NCBI RefSeq assembly: GCF_009834535.1
Contig: NC_045696.1
Location: 25,980,001 to 26,044,000, forward strand
Source: Camelus ferus
Taxonomy: Eukaryota
Length of the DNA: 64,000 nucleotides
Direction: 5' to 3'
Below the pieces are notes generated by a model. It had not been told where the DNA came from. It ran no database searches and saw nothing but the letters and a program-made list of their open reading frames with translations. The position numbers were made by a program, and so were the translations under genes. The number at the start of each line of letters is the position of its first letter. Position 1 is the first letter of the stretch. Positions 11,561-25,527 of this stretch are shown piece after piece.

Positions 11561-14500
11561 ATACTCTGGAAAAGTGGAAATCTAAGGAGCTAGTGTAGAG
11601 GGTTTGTATATGATTACTGGACTAAGCTCGTTAGAAAAAAGGTATTTCCAGCCTATCGTTTATGTTGGCCAACCTGTGATAGCAAGTAAATTTAGCAGCA
11701 GTTTTTTTAACTGGCTATTCCCCTAGTCTGTCAAAAAAAAACCTTTTTAATTACCCTAGATAATACCATTTTTTTTAGGGTTGCCATTTCTCCATGCAAA
11801 TTCTGGTTGATAAAAAGTAATTGATAATATTGCTGATAAATTGAGGTTTTTCCTTAATGTTCTGTCTTTTGAGGATTTAACTCATCATGGGTTCCGTCTG
11901 TGTAGTCCCTAGTCACCTTGTCACCTGGTAATTAAGTCATTTTTCTTTTCTAATCGGGCATTCAGATCTAAGGTAATTTTTTTTAAATTATGCACATTCT
12001 GGATCAATATTTCTGGTCTTTCAAAGTTTACTGTAAACAAACATAAATTTCTAGGATATAAATTTGATCTTGTTTTGTTTCTCTAAAAGAAATACATGAA
12101 GCAAAAAAGCTGATATTTTGAGATACATTTGACTTACACTTAGTATAAAAGTATGTTATTAGGTAAAATGCATGTTTACCATGTACTGACATATTTTCAA
12201 AATTATATGAAATTAATTACATAATTATACAAATAAGCAGTCATATATTAAACCAGTATAGCATTGCTCTTTATTTTGGAACCATGCTATCTAAACTACT
12301 ATAAAGATCTTTCTACTATGTATGTCTTTTTGTTTGTTTGTTTTATTTTTCCTTATTTTGTCTTTTATCTCTCCAGTTTTTTTTCTGGTTATAAATACAT
12401 TGTAATTTTAGAAATGTTGTAGACTACAGAAGAGTAAAAAAAATTAGCACCAGAAATAAACATCATTATTTCTCCTATTTTTTTATTTATCAGCACTATT
12501 ACTTTAATAATAGTCTGTGAAATGGATTCAGTTAAAAATACTTAAATGAAATAAAAGATGAAACTACTACACATGTAAATAAATAGATCTGTAATTTGGT
12601 CAAATTGGATAAGCTCTAATAATTTGTTTTTATTTCTTCAAAGAACATTTAGAAATCTTATGATAATGGCTTGCACATGCACTCAGGAAATAGGAATAAT
12701 CTAAATTGCAGACATGTTTAATAAGTCATTCTAAAGTCTGTGAGTTCTTGAAAAGTTTTCATACAGTAGTCTTCTGTCAAATACTTTATATTGTCTCTGT
12801 AAAATAAGTTAAAATCATTAATTTTGCCACACAAAAAAAGGTTATTACTCGACTTTCTAATTGTGGGGATACATTTGTGAATACTAGTCCTTCTTCCACC
12901 TTTTTAAACCAACTACCATATACAGTAGGCCAAACTTCACTTGGTAAAATTCAAAGTAATTGTTAATTCATGGACTAACTAGACTTTTATGGGCCCTTTA
13001 AAAATGTTTTTCTATTTTTTATTTGGGAGCTTAGAGGTAGTTTCTTCTTTTCTTAAAACAATTTATTTTAATAAATATGTTTGGGACCAGGAAGCATATT
13101 TAGAATAGCTTTGTTTTTATATGTGATGTCAGTTCTAAGAAAAATTGGTTTATTTCATCCAACTAGGTTTCCTTTACCTATACTGGCATCCTCAGTTGGA
13201 GTGACCTTTAGAGTGACTGGTGTCTTGAGTGATGTAGTTAATGAGATCCAGCGACATCATGACCCTGACCTCTTCGTGGCCCTGGCTCCTCTCATCCATC
13301 TTCTTAACCTCACAGGCTGAATCAGTGTGTAGAATCAGGATTAAACTAGTGTGAATAAACAAGTTCAAGAGTTTTCTGTCATGGCTGCCAGCGCGTGGCA
13401 GTGGCCAAGTAAGATACAGGGAACTTATTACTGAGAATGCTATTTGTGAACCTCCACAAATCCTGCTGAAGAAATCACTACTGTTTGTGGTCAGTGCAGT
13501 GCATCTGATCTCCTCAGTTTGCCCCATTCTGGGTCAGGGTTGGCGGTTGGCCTTTATTATCACGTAGCTGTTGGCACATTTAATGAAAGGATGGCTGATC
13601 TATCACTTACCCAGTGTCACATGTTACTGAAGCTTTTATCTCATTAACTGTGATTAATGTTTGTATGGAATGGGCTTGTCATGTAACTGTTCATATTCAG
13701 CAATTTTCAGTCCCTTAGCTTACTTGAACAGTGAAGGGTATTTCTCTTTTCAGAGGAGAGCTTTATCTTCGGGACTGAGTGGGCCTTATTCGCAAATCAC
13801 TATTGCCACATGGCTTGGTAACTGTGATGTAGCGCTTCTTGACTTGTCCCCCTTTATTGGCATTCAGTGTGTTACCTATCATTGAACTTGGGATGTCTTT
13901 ATATAACTACAGTGAAATTGAAATGTATCAACAGTTTGGCTTATATAGAAAGAATAGAAGAAATGCCATAGAACTTTAAGGAAATATTTTTCCAGTATTT
14001 CTTAACCTAGACGTTTTCCTAATATTATTTCCACTTAAGTCTATTTTCTCAAAGTGAGATGGAAAAGGGTAGAGATTAAGGAAGCAGTTTTTTTTTTTTG
14101 CCTTTGGCTGTGGTTCTTGCTTTATCTGTTCTACATTTGACAAGTCCTTCCGCTTAGCTCAGGGCACCATTTGATAAGTTGACCAGTCAGTGATTAAACA
14201 TATTTATTTAGTTCAATGGGTCAGAGCTATTGCGACAGATAGAAAATTACTGATGGATTATCAATTTCAGCACCTCTGACATCTGGCCTCAATGTAGTCC
14301 ATCATGTGAGGACTCATAACACATTTGCTTGGACAATAACATGCTCATCTACCTATGTGATCACAGAGCTGGATATTGGAAATATTTGTTCAAAATTAAT
14401 AACACAGAAAGTCACAGAAATTAGATGAGCTCTGCACATATACTTGAAAACTAACAGCACCCAATGGTTTACACTGTCTAAGGCTGGAATGAGAACTGAC

Positions 14501-16254
14501 TTGTACTTTAAATACATTTTGCTGACTTTGGTAATGTTTGTATAATTGCCTTAAGAAGCGCATTTTGGAATTAATGAAATAGATATTTGGAAATACTTTG
14601 GAAACAATTTTATATAAAAAGATAACTTGGGTCAAAATAGTTTAGTTAAAGATTGTGAAGAAATAAAAAACGGGCTTAGGTTTTGGTCTTGGGAAGTTAT
14701 GGAATTACTTAGGTAAAATCCCAACTCAAATATCTACTATTTTAATTCTTTTTAATTATAAACAAGATTTCAAGTAGGATTTGTAAAAATCTTTCTTCCC
14801 TTTATTGTTACTGTTGAGTGATTCTTTTATCCTAAGTGAATTCTAATAGTAAAGAATGAGAGTCTTTGTAGCAAATGCTAATCTGAGGTGGAAATGTATT
14901 GTACTCCTGTCTATTTGACTTAAATTTATTTCAATACAGTCTTCTTCATATCCCTATTTCAAACTTCCACTTAAAAATTTAAAATAATCTTGCGATTAGG
15001 TTTTCAAAAAAATATGATTCAGGTTAACAGTTTGTTTTAAGGTATGTTCATATCTTTTAAAAATTGACCACACTTGTTAAGAAACTAATAGACCATGACA
15101 GATAATAAGGTTTAACTTGTATTCTCATTTGTAAATATTTCATGTGATTATCCATATATCCTTATATCCCATGTGACTAATGCCCTACTTTGCAGTGATC
15201 CTACATTTAATATTTATGTGCACTGTCATAAAAATATTTGTGAAGCTGAAAATCATTCTTAGTCTTCAGAGGGCTCATTTTCACACATTCTCTTGAATCT
15301 CCAAACTAGTAAGAATTTTGAAATGTTACCTTTGTTCATAAAATAAAGATTAAGCTCATTGTCACTACAATTTACATTTATTCATTAAATCCACACCAGA
15401 GCTGTTTGCTATAAAATTGATAGGTACTTTGGAATGTTCAGATTTTTACAATGTGTGATAACTTGTCAATATCGCAGATCACAATAGATCACTATATATT
15501 GCTAAAGACTTCCGAGGATTTGTCTTGAAATTAATTGAGGTTTCTTCTGTAATTTTCTGGAAACCTTCAGTAGTTGCCTGTAGAATTTAATCAGTCCATC
15601 TCTCCTTAAACATGTCTAAGTTGGCTTGGAAAATTCTTGGATGAATCCTAGTTGCAGGATCCTCTCTGGGGTCTAGGTGTATGGGTCTGTAAAACTGTCT
15701 TGGATGTCCAGATAAGACACAATTAAAAAATGAGTGGTCATATTAGGGTATCTAAATTTGATTTCAAGAATTGTTTTGAGTTGTCACAGGGAAGCTATTG
15801 TAACATTTTCCTTAAAGATCAACCCCTTTAAAGATCAGGATTTTTCACAACTGTCATTTTAAGTCCTTAAATATGATGCTCAGCACTTAATGCTTCTTCA
15901 AGTATGCGCTTTGAAAATTGAGAGTACTCACTATGTGCTCCATATTTTGATGAACAATAAACTGCCTAAGTTTGTCTTTCCCTTTTATCCCACACCACCT
16001 ACTTCTGTCTGAAATAACAATTTTTTAAGTTTACACTTTATAGCATATGAACTGTATATAAGTTGCCAGGATATTTCCATATAAAACAAGCAAATAGCAG
16101 TAGAAAAGTGATACACATTATTTTGGAACAAAGTTTACATAGATGAATCCATTACATGAAAATGTATGATTCCATCAAAATGAATCCACTTAGATGAAAA
16201 TATTCATTACTATGAATTGTGTGTCAAAATTTCTTTGTATAAAGGAGTACTCTT

Positions 16255-16400
16255 ATGTTAGATTGCCAGGTACTTTCACATAGAAAGGGATGCTGTCATC
16301 TGTTACCACACAGGGAGACTGAGAAATTAAGCAAAGAAATGCATGTGAAAGTGCCTTATAAACTGTAAAGAGCTGTAATAATGTGAAGTATGTTATTTTA
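16255..16400 (+). mobile_element. MIR 3' fragment
   Basis: 'aattaagcaaagaaatgcatgtgaaagtgccttataaactgtaaagagctgt'. Confidence 0.6.
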
Positions 16401-17342
16401 ATGTTGTGTGCATTTGTTGGAACAAGATGGTAAGGGAGAAAATCACAGCTATCTGTTCTTAGGGGTTTCAGTGTCAACAGTCTAAGACTTACAGTTTTAC
16501 CGAATTCTTATTGATATATAATGATTTTTCATGCAAGGATATTAACATTGGCCAGTTTCATGTACTAAAATGTAATACAAAAGAATGCTCAGAACTACTG
16601 TTTCAAAATGCTGCCCTATACATTGCCCTTGTAAGCATTTGAATCAGTAATTTGGAACTACTTTCATCCTGGACTAATATTTTTCCCCCCATAAACCCTA
16701 TTAAGTAGGCATCAATGAATTTTTTTCACTCCTTTTACATTGTTGGATTAGTGCTTTGCATCATCAGCATCTTTGATTTCAGCATTTAAATTCTATTTTT
16801 TTTAAGCATTGTGATGAGCCATTATGGTTACAAGTAAGTCAAAGTATGATTATTTTAACTTGTAGCATGCACTGACATTTATTCCAGAGTGTCCAGCATA
16901 TACATTTCTTCCAAAAATGTGCAGGACATTTGGGGAAGATATAGAAAAGAACTAAGTCAATGATTTTGATAAAGCAATCATAACTTTACTTCGATGACCT
17001 AAAAGGATGTAGCCACTAGGCAAATTGATAAATTATAAGGCTTCTAGAATGTATGCTGAAAGTATTCAAACTAAATCACATTATGCCCTGATCTGGATTG
17101 ATTTTTATTATAATTACCTCACAAAAAACTGATGATATGTTAATATTAAATTGATAGTTGTAAGCTGATAGTAAAATTTTAAATGTGGAGTAGCTACACA
17201 AAATACGGAAGGAAAGTTTGCCTTTATTCTATTAATTCATGGTTAGCCTGGCATAATTTTGATTTCTAACAATTACAAAGATAGACTTTAATAGCATAGC
17301 TGGAATTACAGTAATAGCTTTGGCTTTAAAAAAAAAATCCAA

Positions 17343-19050
17343 AGTGTCACTATATGCAGATGACATGATACTACATATAGAAAACCCTAAAAGGTCCACA
17401 CAAAAACTACTAGAAATAATTGAAGAATTCAGCAAGTTAGCAGGTTACAAGATTAACGTTTAAAAATCAGTTGCATTTCTTTACACTAACGATGAATCAA
17501 CAGAAAAGGAAAGTAAAGAAACAATCCCCTTTAACATAGCACCCAAAGTAATAATATACCTAGGAATAAATCTAATCAAGGAGGTGAAAGATTTATACAT
17601 GGAAAGCTATAAAACACTGATTAAGGAAATTAAAGAAGACTTTAAAAAATGGAAAGATATCCCATGCTCCTGGATTGGAAGAATCAATGTTGTTAAAATG
17701 GTCACACTGCCCAAGGCAATCTACAGATTTAATGCAATCCCTATCCAATTACCCAGGACATATTTGACATATTTCACAGAACTAGAACAAATCATAGTAA
17801 AATTTATATGGAACCACAAAAGACCTTCAAATGCCAAAGCATTACTTAAGAAAAAGAAAGAGGCTGGAGGAATAACTCTCCCTGACTTAAAACAATACTA
17901 TAGAGCTACAGTAATCAAAACAGCATGGTATTGGTACAAAAACAGACATATGGACCAATGGAGCAGAATAGAGAGCCCAGAAATGAACCCACAAACTTTA
18001 GGTCAACTAATCTTTGATAAAGGAGGCAAGAATATACAATGGAATAAAGACAGTGTCTTCAGCAAATGGTGTTGGGAAGACTGGACAGCAGCATGTAAAT
18101 CAGTGAAGCTAGAACACTCCCTGACACCATACACAAAAATCAACTCAAAATGGATCAAAGACTTAAACATAAGACAAGATACAATAAACATCTTAGAAGA
18201 AAATATAGGCAAAACATTATCTGACATACATCTCAAAAATGTTCTAGGGCAGTCTACCCAAGCAATAGAAATAAAAGCAAGAATAAACAAATGGGGCCTA
18301 ATTAAACTTACAAGCTTCTGCACAGCAAAGGAAACAGTAAGTAAAACAAAACGACAATCTATGGAATGGGAGAAAATTTTTGCAAATGAAACCGACAAAG
18401 GCTTGATCTCCAGAATATATAAGCAGCTCATACGACTTAATAAGAAAAAAAAAACCCAATCCAAAAATAGGCAGAAGACCTAAGCAAGCAATTCTCCAAT
18501 GAAGACATACAAATGATCAATAGGCACAGGAAAAAATGCTCAATATCACTAATTATCAGTGAAATGCAAATCAAAACTACAATGAGGTATCATCTCATAC
18601 CAGTCAGAATGGCCATCATTAAAAAGTCCACAAATGACAAATGCTGGAGAGGGTGTGGATAAAAGGGAACCCTCCTACACTGCTGGTGAGAATGCAATTT
18701 GGTGCAGCCATTGTGGAAAACAGTATGGAGATTCCTCAAAAGACCCAGTAATCCCACTCCTGGGCATATATCCAGAAGGAAGCCTACTTCAAAAAGACAC
18801 CTGCACCCCAGTGTTCATAGCAGCACTATTTACAATAGCCAAGACATGGAAACAGCCTAAATGTCCATAGACAGATGACTGGATAATGAAGAAGTGGTAT
18901 ATTTATACAATGGAATACTATTCAGCCATAAAAATGATACAATAGTGCCATCTGCAGCAACATGGATGTCCCTGGAAATTGTCATTCTAAGTGAAGTAAG
19001 CCAGAAAGAGAAAGAATAATACTATCTGAGAACGCTCATATGTGGAATCT
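17343..19050 (+). pseudogene. Disrupted L1 ORF2 (C-terminal part of RT to cysteine-rich domain)
   Basis: ORF-track pieces 17584-18483 and 18634-18870 are L1 ORF2. There is an in-frame TAA at 17461, a frameshift in the A-run near 18450, stops in the CCHC region and a 23-nt deletion at ~18744. Confidence 0.93.
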
Positions 19051-19349
19051 TAAAAAAAAAAAAAACATAAATAGAAAACAGAAACAGACTCAGACATAGA
19101 ATACAAACTTGTGGTTGCCAATGGGGCAGGGGGCTGGGAAGGAACAGACTGAAATTTCAAAATGTAGAATAGATGAACAAATTGTACTGTGTAGCACAGG
19201 GAAATATATACAGGATCTTGTGGCTCACAGCGAAAGAGAATGTGACAACGAATGTATGTATGTTTATGTATAACTGAAAAATTAAATTGTTTTACACTGG
19301 AATTTGACACAGCATTGTAAAATGACTATAACTCAATAAAAAAATGTTG
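17343..19349 (+). mobile_element. Young 5'-truncated LINE-1 (camelid-type), ~2.0 kb, with TSD
   Basis: Begins at the RT motif KVSLYADDMI (YADD at 17353-17364), runs through the ORF2 C-terminus and 3' UTR to 'aataaaaaaatgttg'. TSD AAAAAAAAATCCAA at ~17329-17342 and 19350-19363, preceded by 'ttt' (canonical TT/AAAA site). Confidence 0.97.
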
Positions 19350-20029
19350 AAAAAAAAATCCAACTATCGCCCTTCTCTGTACTCAGAAAATTATTTCAGT
19401 TAAGTGTGAATATAGACTTAAAAATAATTAAGAAAAAACAATTGAGCAATTTCTTATACTGAGTTGAACAGGCAGTTTAAAAATTGGAAATTATACCTGT
19501 AGTCAGTCTTGTTTGACACCGTCTTTACACTTAGGAACTCTCAGATTTCTTATAAATCAGTGTTTGGACAAATTACTAGGGGACACAATGCAGATATTTA
19601 ATATTACTATGCCAACATGAGTATATTCTCAAATTTTGATTTTTTTTAATTATTTTAAAAAATTTTGATATTCTGTTAGGAGAATAATTTGACAAATAAT
19701 TTGACTAATTTGTCTTCTATCCATATAAATCATTCACTGTTTGAAATTGAGTGAGAAATGGGGCATTCTGGTTTAAGTATTTTCCAGTTAACTCAGTTAA
19801 ACTAGATTCCTTTGGTTTGTTTTGTATAACCCACAATGCTCATTTGGCAATTGTTCTTAAAATTTTTATGTTATATTATATATTCATTGGAATTTATTGG
19901 TTGATTAAGGTCTTATCAGGATAATAACTGTAAACATTTGTTCTCTTTATACTATAAAATCTTGAATCTGCTATGGTATTGCACAGTGAAAAATTCAGCT
20001 TTTTATTCACGTAAATTGAACACTAATTA

Positions 20030-20325
20030 TATTCTGGGAACTTCATACACCATTTCACCTTCACTTCAAGCCACTCATGTTTAGGATATTCTTTTTTCTT
20101 TTCTTTTCTTTCCTTTTCTTTTCTTTTCTTTTCTTTCCTTTTCTTTTGTTTCCTTCCCTCCCCTCCCCTCCCCTCTTCCCTCCTCTCCTCTCCTCTCTCC
20201 TTTCCTTTCCTTTCTTTTTTGTTATGAGGAAACTAAATGGCAGATCAGACCAAAACGTGCAGAGCCATACAGTTTGTCAGAGGGGATATATCTGAATCCC
20301 TATGTGTCGGTTCACCAATCTGGAT
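20030..20325 (-). mobile_element. Degenerate MIR interrupted by a pyrimidine microsatellite
   Basis: 'atgaggaaactaa...gccatacagtttgtcagagg...atctgaatccctatgtgtc' after the tract, with weaker MIR-like sequence before it. Confidence 0.45.
20089..20220. repeat. Compound polypyrimidine tract (TTTTC)n/(CCCCT)n/(CTCCT)n
   Basis: About 130 bp of almost pure C/T. Confidence 0.95.
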
Positions 20326-20350
20326 TTCTTTCTATTTAAAACAATATCTA

Positions 20351-20551
20351 GAGAGGAGAGTATAGCTCAGTGGCAAAGTGTTTGCTTAGCATGCACAAGG
20401 TCCTGGGCTCAATCCCTAAAACCCTCATTAAAAATGAATGAATGAATGAATGAATGAATGAATAAATAAATAAATAATAAATAAATAAAGTGCCTAATTT
20501 CCTTTCCTCCCCCTGCAAAAAAACCTTCAAAATAAAAAAAAATTGTGTAAA
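20351..20551 (+). mobile_element. tRNA-Ala-derived camelid SINE (vic-1-like) with TSD
   Basis: A-box TAGCTCAGTGG (20363-20373), 'cttagcatgc' tRNA-Ala(AGC)-like loop, B-box-like GGCTCAATCC (20406-20415), internal (AATG)n/(AATA)n. TSD AATATCTAGAG at 20343-20353 and 20552-20562. Confidence 0.93.
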
Positions 20552-21959
20552 AATATCTAGAGTATTTGATCTGAGAGAGACTTCTTAGGATTGATCTCTT
20601 TTTGAGTATGAAGTGCAACAAGCAACTCTGGTTTTTGTAAAAGTTCAGATTTTTGGTTTATTGAGGTGCAGCTCTCATTCTCTGTAGATGACAGTGATTA
20701 ACTGTTGACAACACTGGAGTTTGTGTGTGTGTGGTTGTGTGTATTTATATGTGGGAATAGAGATCAAAAAATTATTCAATACTAATCTGCTCCCCAACAA
20801 TACAAATGTGGACTATTTGCTTTGTAGTCACAAACACAGACACTTTTTGTTTGATTTTAAAGTTCAGACTAGTGCCACTTGCTACCTAAAACTGCAGATG
20901 TAAATTTGGTTGTGGTCCATATAGATGTATGAATTAGTAAGCACTGCCGCTCTCATTTTGGTTGGACTAAAATTGTTAACATGTAAATTCTTCATTAACT
21001 TTCATAGTCAAAGAATATGTAGAAATCCAAAAAGTTAGCTGATTTCAACTCAGATTATTGCCACACCAGTGCTAAACTAATACAGAATGGCCATTCAAGA
21101 GGCTGAAGTCCAGTCAAATGTCTTTTTTACGGTGATGACAACATAAAACATGAACCTATGAAGCCTCCTCAAAGCTTCCGTCTCAGATCTGTTCCACATG
21201 TGGTGTTGTGGAAATACTGCAAGCAGTGAAGTATTAAAACAGTTTTCTCTTGTGTTCTTTCATTCTGACAGGCCAATGACACAATGTCGACAAGCCATGT
21301 CTGATAGATTCAAAATTAAAAGTGAATGCCCTCCCTTTTTTTCCTAGCTCGTGCCTAATGGCTTTTGAGCCAATGTGCAATTTCACTGCTTCCGACATAG
21401 GAAGTCTTCCATAGTAAGTCTGGGAACAGCTGGTGAGGGTTTTTTCTCAAGCTGCAAAGGATGGTTTGATCAAAACTATATTAGTTTGTTATTAAAGGAG
21501 AAGAATGGAGAGGAATCCGCAATAAAAACAAAGGCTTGTTCAGAATCTGAACTCTGAAAAGCAGTTTGCTGATAAAGATATTAGCCCTATCTGTACAATT
21601 TAATACTTTCATGTTTAAGTTAACTGGTTGATTTTCATGAACATGCATGAAGCAATAGTGTTGAGAAAAATAAAGGTAGAAATTTAAAGTAATGCTATGA
21701 ATTGATTCTTAGTTCTACATTCTATTACACAGTTTCGGTAAGGAAGATGATAAACAATGTACGGAGCCAAGATGTTAAATATCCCCCAGGCAGATTTTCT
21801 CTGCTGTGGCTTTTCCACTGAATCAAGGGTTTCGCTTCTCTGGCTGCATAATTCAAGAAAATTTGTTAGACTGTTGATTTTACAAAGACCTGTGAAAAGA
21901 ACTTAGACAATTTAGAAAATGATTGAAGTTGATTATTTGAAAGCTATGCAAGTATTTTG

Positions 21960-22144
21960 TTCATTTATTTATTTAATCAGTGAAATACTTACTAGAATTT
22001 ATTATGAATTTAGCCTGTTTCAGTGTGTTTGGAGGTGTGATCTTTGCTTTTTGACTGCTCATATACTAGTTGGAAGAAATTAAGACATACACATGTGAAA
22101 GTGTTGACAGTTGTAGATGGGGGAAGAAAAGTAATAAAGACATG

Positions 22145-22187
<43 letters not shown>

Positions 22188-22705
22188 TGTGTGTAAAACA
22201 TTTGAAAAAATAACTTTCTTAAAACAAAATCCAGAGTCCAGGTCAGATAAAAGCAGAGGTTGTTAATCCCTTCTTTTCTTGAATTATCAGAGTTCAAATG
22301 CTTAAAAACCATTTTCATGGGATACTAGGGAATCCCGTGCTGAACATGGGCTGTAGGATAGGGAAGTCAAAGTCTTCCTTGTTGGGGAGATGTTTTTTTG
22401 AACTCAGCAATATTTGACAAATTGGAAGAGAGGGAAATGGGGCATATCAAAAGGGAAGAACATTGGGAAGGCAGAAACTTGAAGCCAGGATAGAACAGTG
22501 TTTTCTGAAGGGCTGTAAGAAGGCAAGCCTGGCAGGAGTGGAGTTTATAATATTGATTTAAGAGGGACCTAGGTCAGGTGGAGCCAAGTCAACAGGAACC
22601 ACAAATTCTAGGCAGAGGTTTTTTTGGAGTATCCAGGAGACAAAATGAGTATGTTCAGGAACCTTTGAAAATGGACATGACACAATGAAATCATTGTTTA
22701 TATAC
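21960..22705 (-). mobile_element. Degenerate L2 3' region (contains a TG repeat)
   Basis: 'tcatttatttatttaatca...atacttactaga' L2 tail pattern, then purine-rich 'gggctgtaagaaggcaagcctggcaggagtggag'. Confidence 0.5.
22148..22194. repeat. (TG)n microsatellite
   Basis: Directly visible array. Confidence 0.95.
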
Positions 22706-25527
22706 TGTAATATTTAGTGAAATTGTGGGTAGGAGTTATTTGGCAAAATAAAATCAAAGAGCAGAAATTGAAGATGTTTTCTGGTAAAATAAATACTGAG
22801 TTTTCTAGTAATAGCGCAGTTACCTTTATTTTTGTGCCATACATTAGTCATAAAATAAGTATACACCCCAGTATACATCTTATTTAAGCAGCCACTTTTA
22901 GTTCCAATTAAAAGTAGCAAATTGATTTGTCCATTATAATTATTTACAGCTTTCAAGGATGTATCTTTTCCCCCTCCCTTTGTCTTTTCTCTCTTCTTAT
23001 TTTCTATCTTTAGCTTCTCTCTCTTTCTTTTTCCTTCTTTTCTTCTTTCTATGTCTCTTTCTGCCATACAGTATACTGGTCTTTTAATTATTATAAATAT
23101 TAAACTCAAATGTAATATTTTATCTTCATGATAAAAGAATGTCATGGTTGAAAGGAGAGAGTCCAGGCACTTTTTCAAATACTTAGTTTAAATAATGACA
23201 GGTCCCTGCTTTTGCTCATTTTCCAGGTAGTGTTTAGACGCAACCTTTATTTGCTATGAAACCTGGGTCTATGATAAAGTGTAGGACAGATATCCACACT
23301 TAGTGGAAAAACCATATTAACTATAACAGCTGTGGACTGTCTGCACAATGTCACAATCACGGTCACATGAGTGTTTCTGGATTTCTACCTCTCAGAGTGC
23401 TGTTTAGGTAGATGCAGGTGGTTTTGTTGAAGGAATAGATTTTCCTTTGAAGTGTAAATCACTACAACTGGCAACCATTCCAGGGATTGGATAGACTATT
23501 GGTGTTGGTTTCAATAATTATTAAGCATTTTGTTCAGATGTTGTGCTATTGTTTTAACAGATTAAATATTAATTCTGCTTAATTTGGGGCTCTACGTCGC
23601 TATCACTTGCTTTCCTGATAGGCATTCAGTACTCTCTCTTCTTTACAAAGAAAAGATTGAGAAGTAAAAGAAAACAGATACTGTCCAAATCCCTCATGGG
23701 TACTTGTGTCAGTATGCTTGATTAAAGGTGTGATGTAATGAAATCTAAGCTTTTTATTACAAGGAAATATGAAAAAAATGTTTTGAATGTAGAAAGTTTC
23801 TTTCACTGTGATCATAACCTTTAAAAAATTTACCAGTTAGTGTATAATTTTAATGAAATTTTCCTGATGTGTAAACTTGATTAACAGCTGATTTTCCAGA
23901 GAGCAATTGTTAGGAATTGACATCATAGAATAATAACATGTACAGAATTGTCATAAAAATGTGCTTACGTTTAGTTCATTTCTATTTATGAAGTACTACT
24001 AGTTGCTATGGCTTAGGTAATTAAAGGAAAACATGTTAGCAAAGGCTACAGCCCACAAATTCAAAACCGGTTATTATTATTTATTCAGCTCCCAGCGATT
24101 GCACACATTTGACCCTAAATGACAAAGTAAATGAAAGCCCTTTTTCAAAGTAATACAATCAGTTCAAAAAATATTGTGCTAATAAAGTTATACATTCTAA
24201 TTGAAAGATTGATGGCAATCCATTTAGTTGTTACTAGGTTATTTGTGACAGACAGATGCAGAGTAACCTCATTACAGTCAGAATTGTGATGACTTGTAGC
24301 TGAAGAGAGGAATAAAGCTTTAAACCATTGTCACAGTCCATTTCCAAAATGTATTCAGAAGATGATTTAAAAGAAAATATACGACCATTAAATATAAGTT
24401 TGAATTGGTTACCTAGTGGTGTTATTATAGAAGCAATGAAGTAATCATCTGTTTGATTTGTAATTGGCCTACTTAAAATTCACAAATCAGATTTACAGAT
24501 TCCAATTTATGTAAGAGAAATGCAGGACCAAACTCTGGATTAAAAGCACTATCCTTTGTGGTTTTGTATATCCAGTTCATATTTTTAGTTGTTTTCTTCC
24601 TGATCATTAAATCTGTATCAGTTTATTTTAGATATTTCTGTCCACAATCACCAATTCGTGATAAATTATTCAGCATTTGTATGTTCCCTAGGAGTTTAAT
24701 GTCAGGCTTTCAGCACAAGTACTCAGGGGAATTCGATCAACATTTTAAAGTTATGTGGTTGAGAGAAAGAAGGAATATGAATGAACAATAATATTTTTCT
24801 CCTTGTGAAAGATGTTGAAATCTTTGAGGGATATATTTTCTGTATATTTGATTTTGAAACTTACTTTTCTTGATTAACTAATAATAATGTAGACATTTTA
24901 ACCTAAGGAAATATCTGTCCTCCCACAGTCTTCCTACAACAGTATCTTCATATTTCTCTAGAATTTCTCAGATTCAGAAGTATCCTCATAGAAATCCTGT
25001 TTTGTTTCGAGTGCAGTAATCGTTTGCAGCATCTCACACATTAAACACATTTCATTTTATCACTTCTCATTTCTGGTTCAATCTTATGCACAGTTGTCCT
25101 TGCTTTCTCATTTGCACTTTTGGTTATTCTTCTGCATCCTGAACTTTTTCTTGGGCTCTTTAAAATCACTGCCATGCTTTTCATTACAGCTTATGTTTCA
25201 CCGTGAATTCTAAAATTCTCTTATATTGACAGAGATACTCTTTACAAGAGGACTATTGCAAACTTGATGTAAGGTTGGCCCTAATTTTCCAAGAAGTGCA
25301 TTTAGGAAAAGAAGATTTTCACTGTGTACATAAGTTAAGTATGCATTGGATATCTCTTAATTGCTTAGAAATTACCATGGTGTTCTTTCTAATATAGTGA
25401 CCCCACTTAAGGTTGACATTTTATCTGTCCTAAGTAATGAATTAAGAGGAGGTTTAGGATTGTGCTTCTTCTTGGGTTGTGTCATCAGTTAAGGCTAAAG
25501 TTTTGACTTGTCCAAGCCAGTGAATTA

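Noticed and set aside
18003..18464. Hydrophobic antisense ORFs (also 57706-58086 and 63334-63894)
   Set aside because: They are reverse-strand shadows of A-rich L1 ORFs, a common source of false 'hypothetical proteins'.
20351..20425. tRNA-Ala gene
   Set aside because: Degenerate stems, a SINE body and tail, and a TSD show it is a SINE head; the same applies at 25.6 kb.
22714..23178. 154-aa ORF on the minus strand
   Set aside because: It starts at TTG and is extended by a purine-rich low-complexity tract; no recognisable domain.
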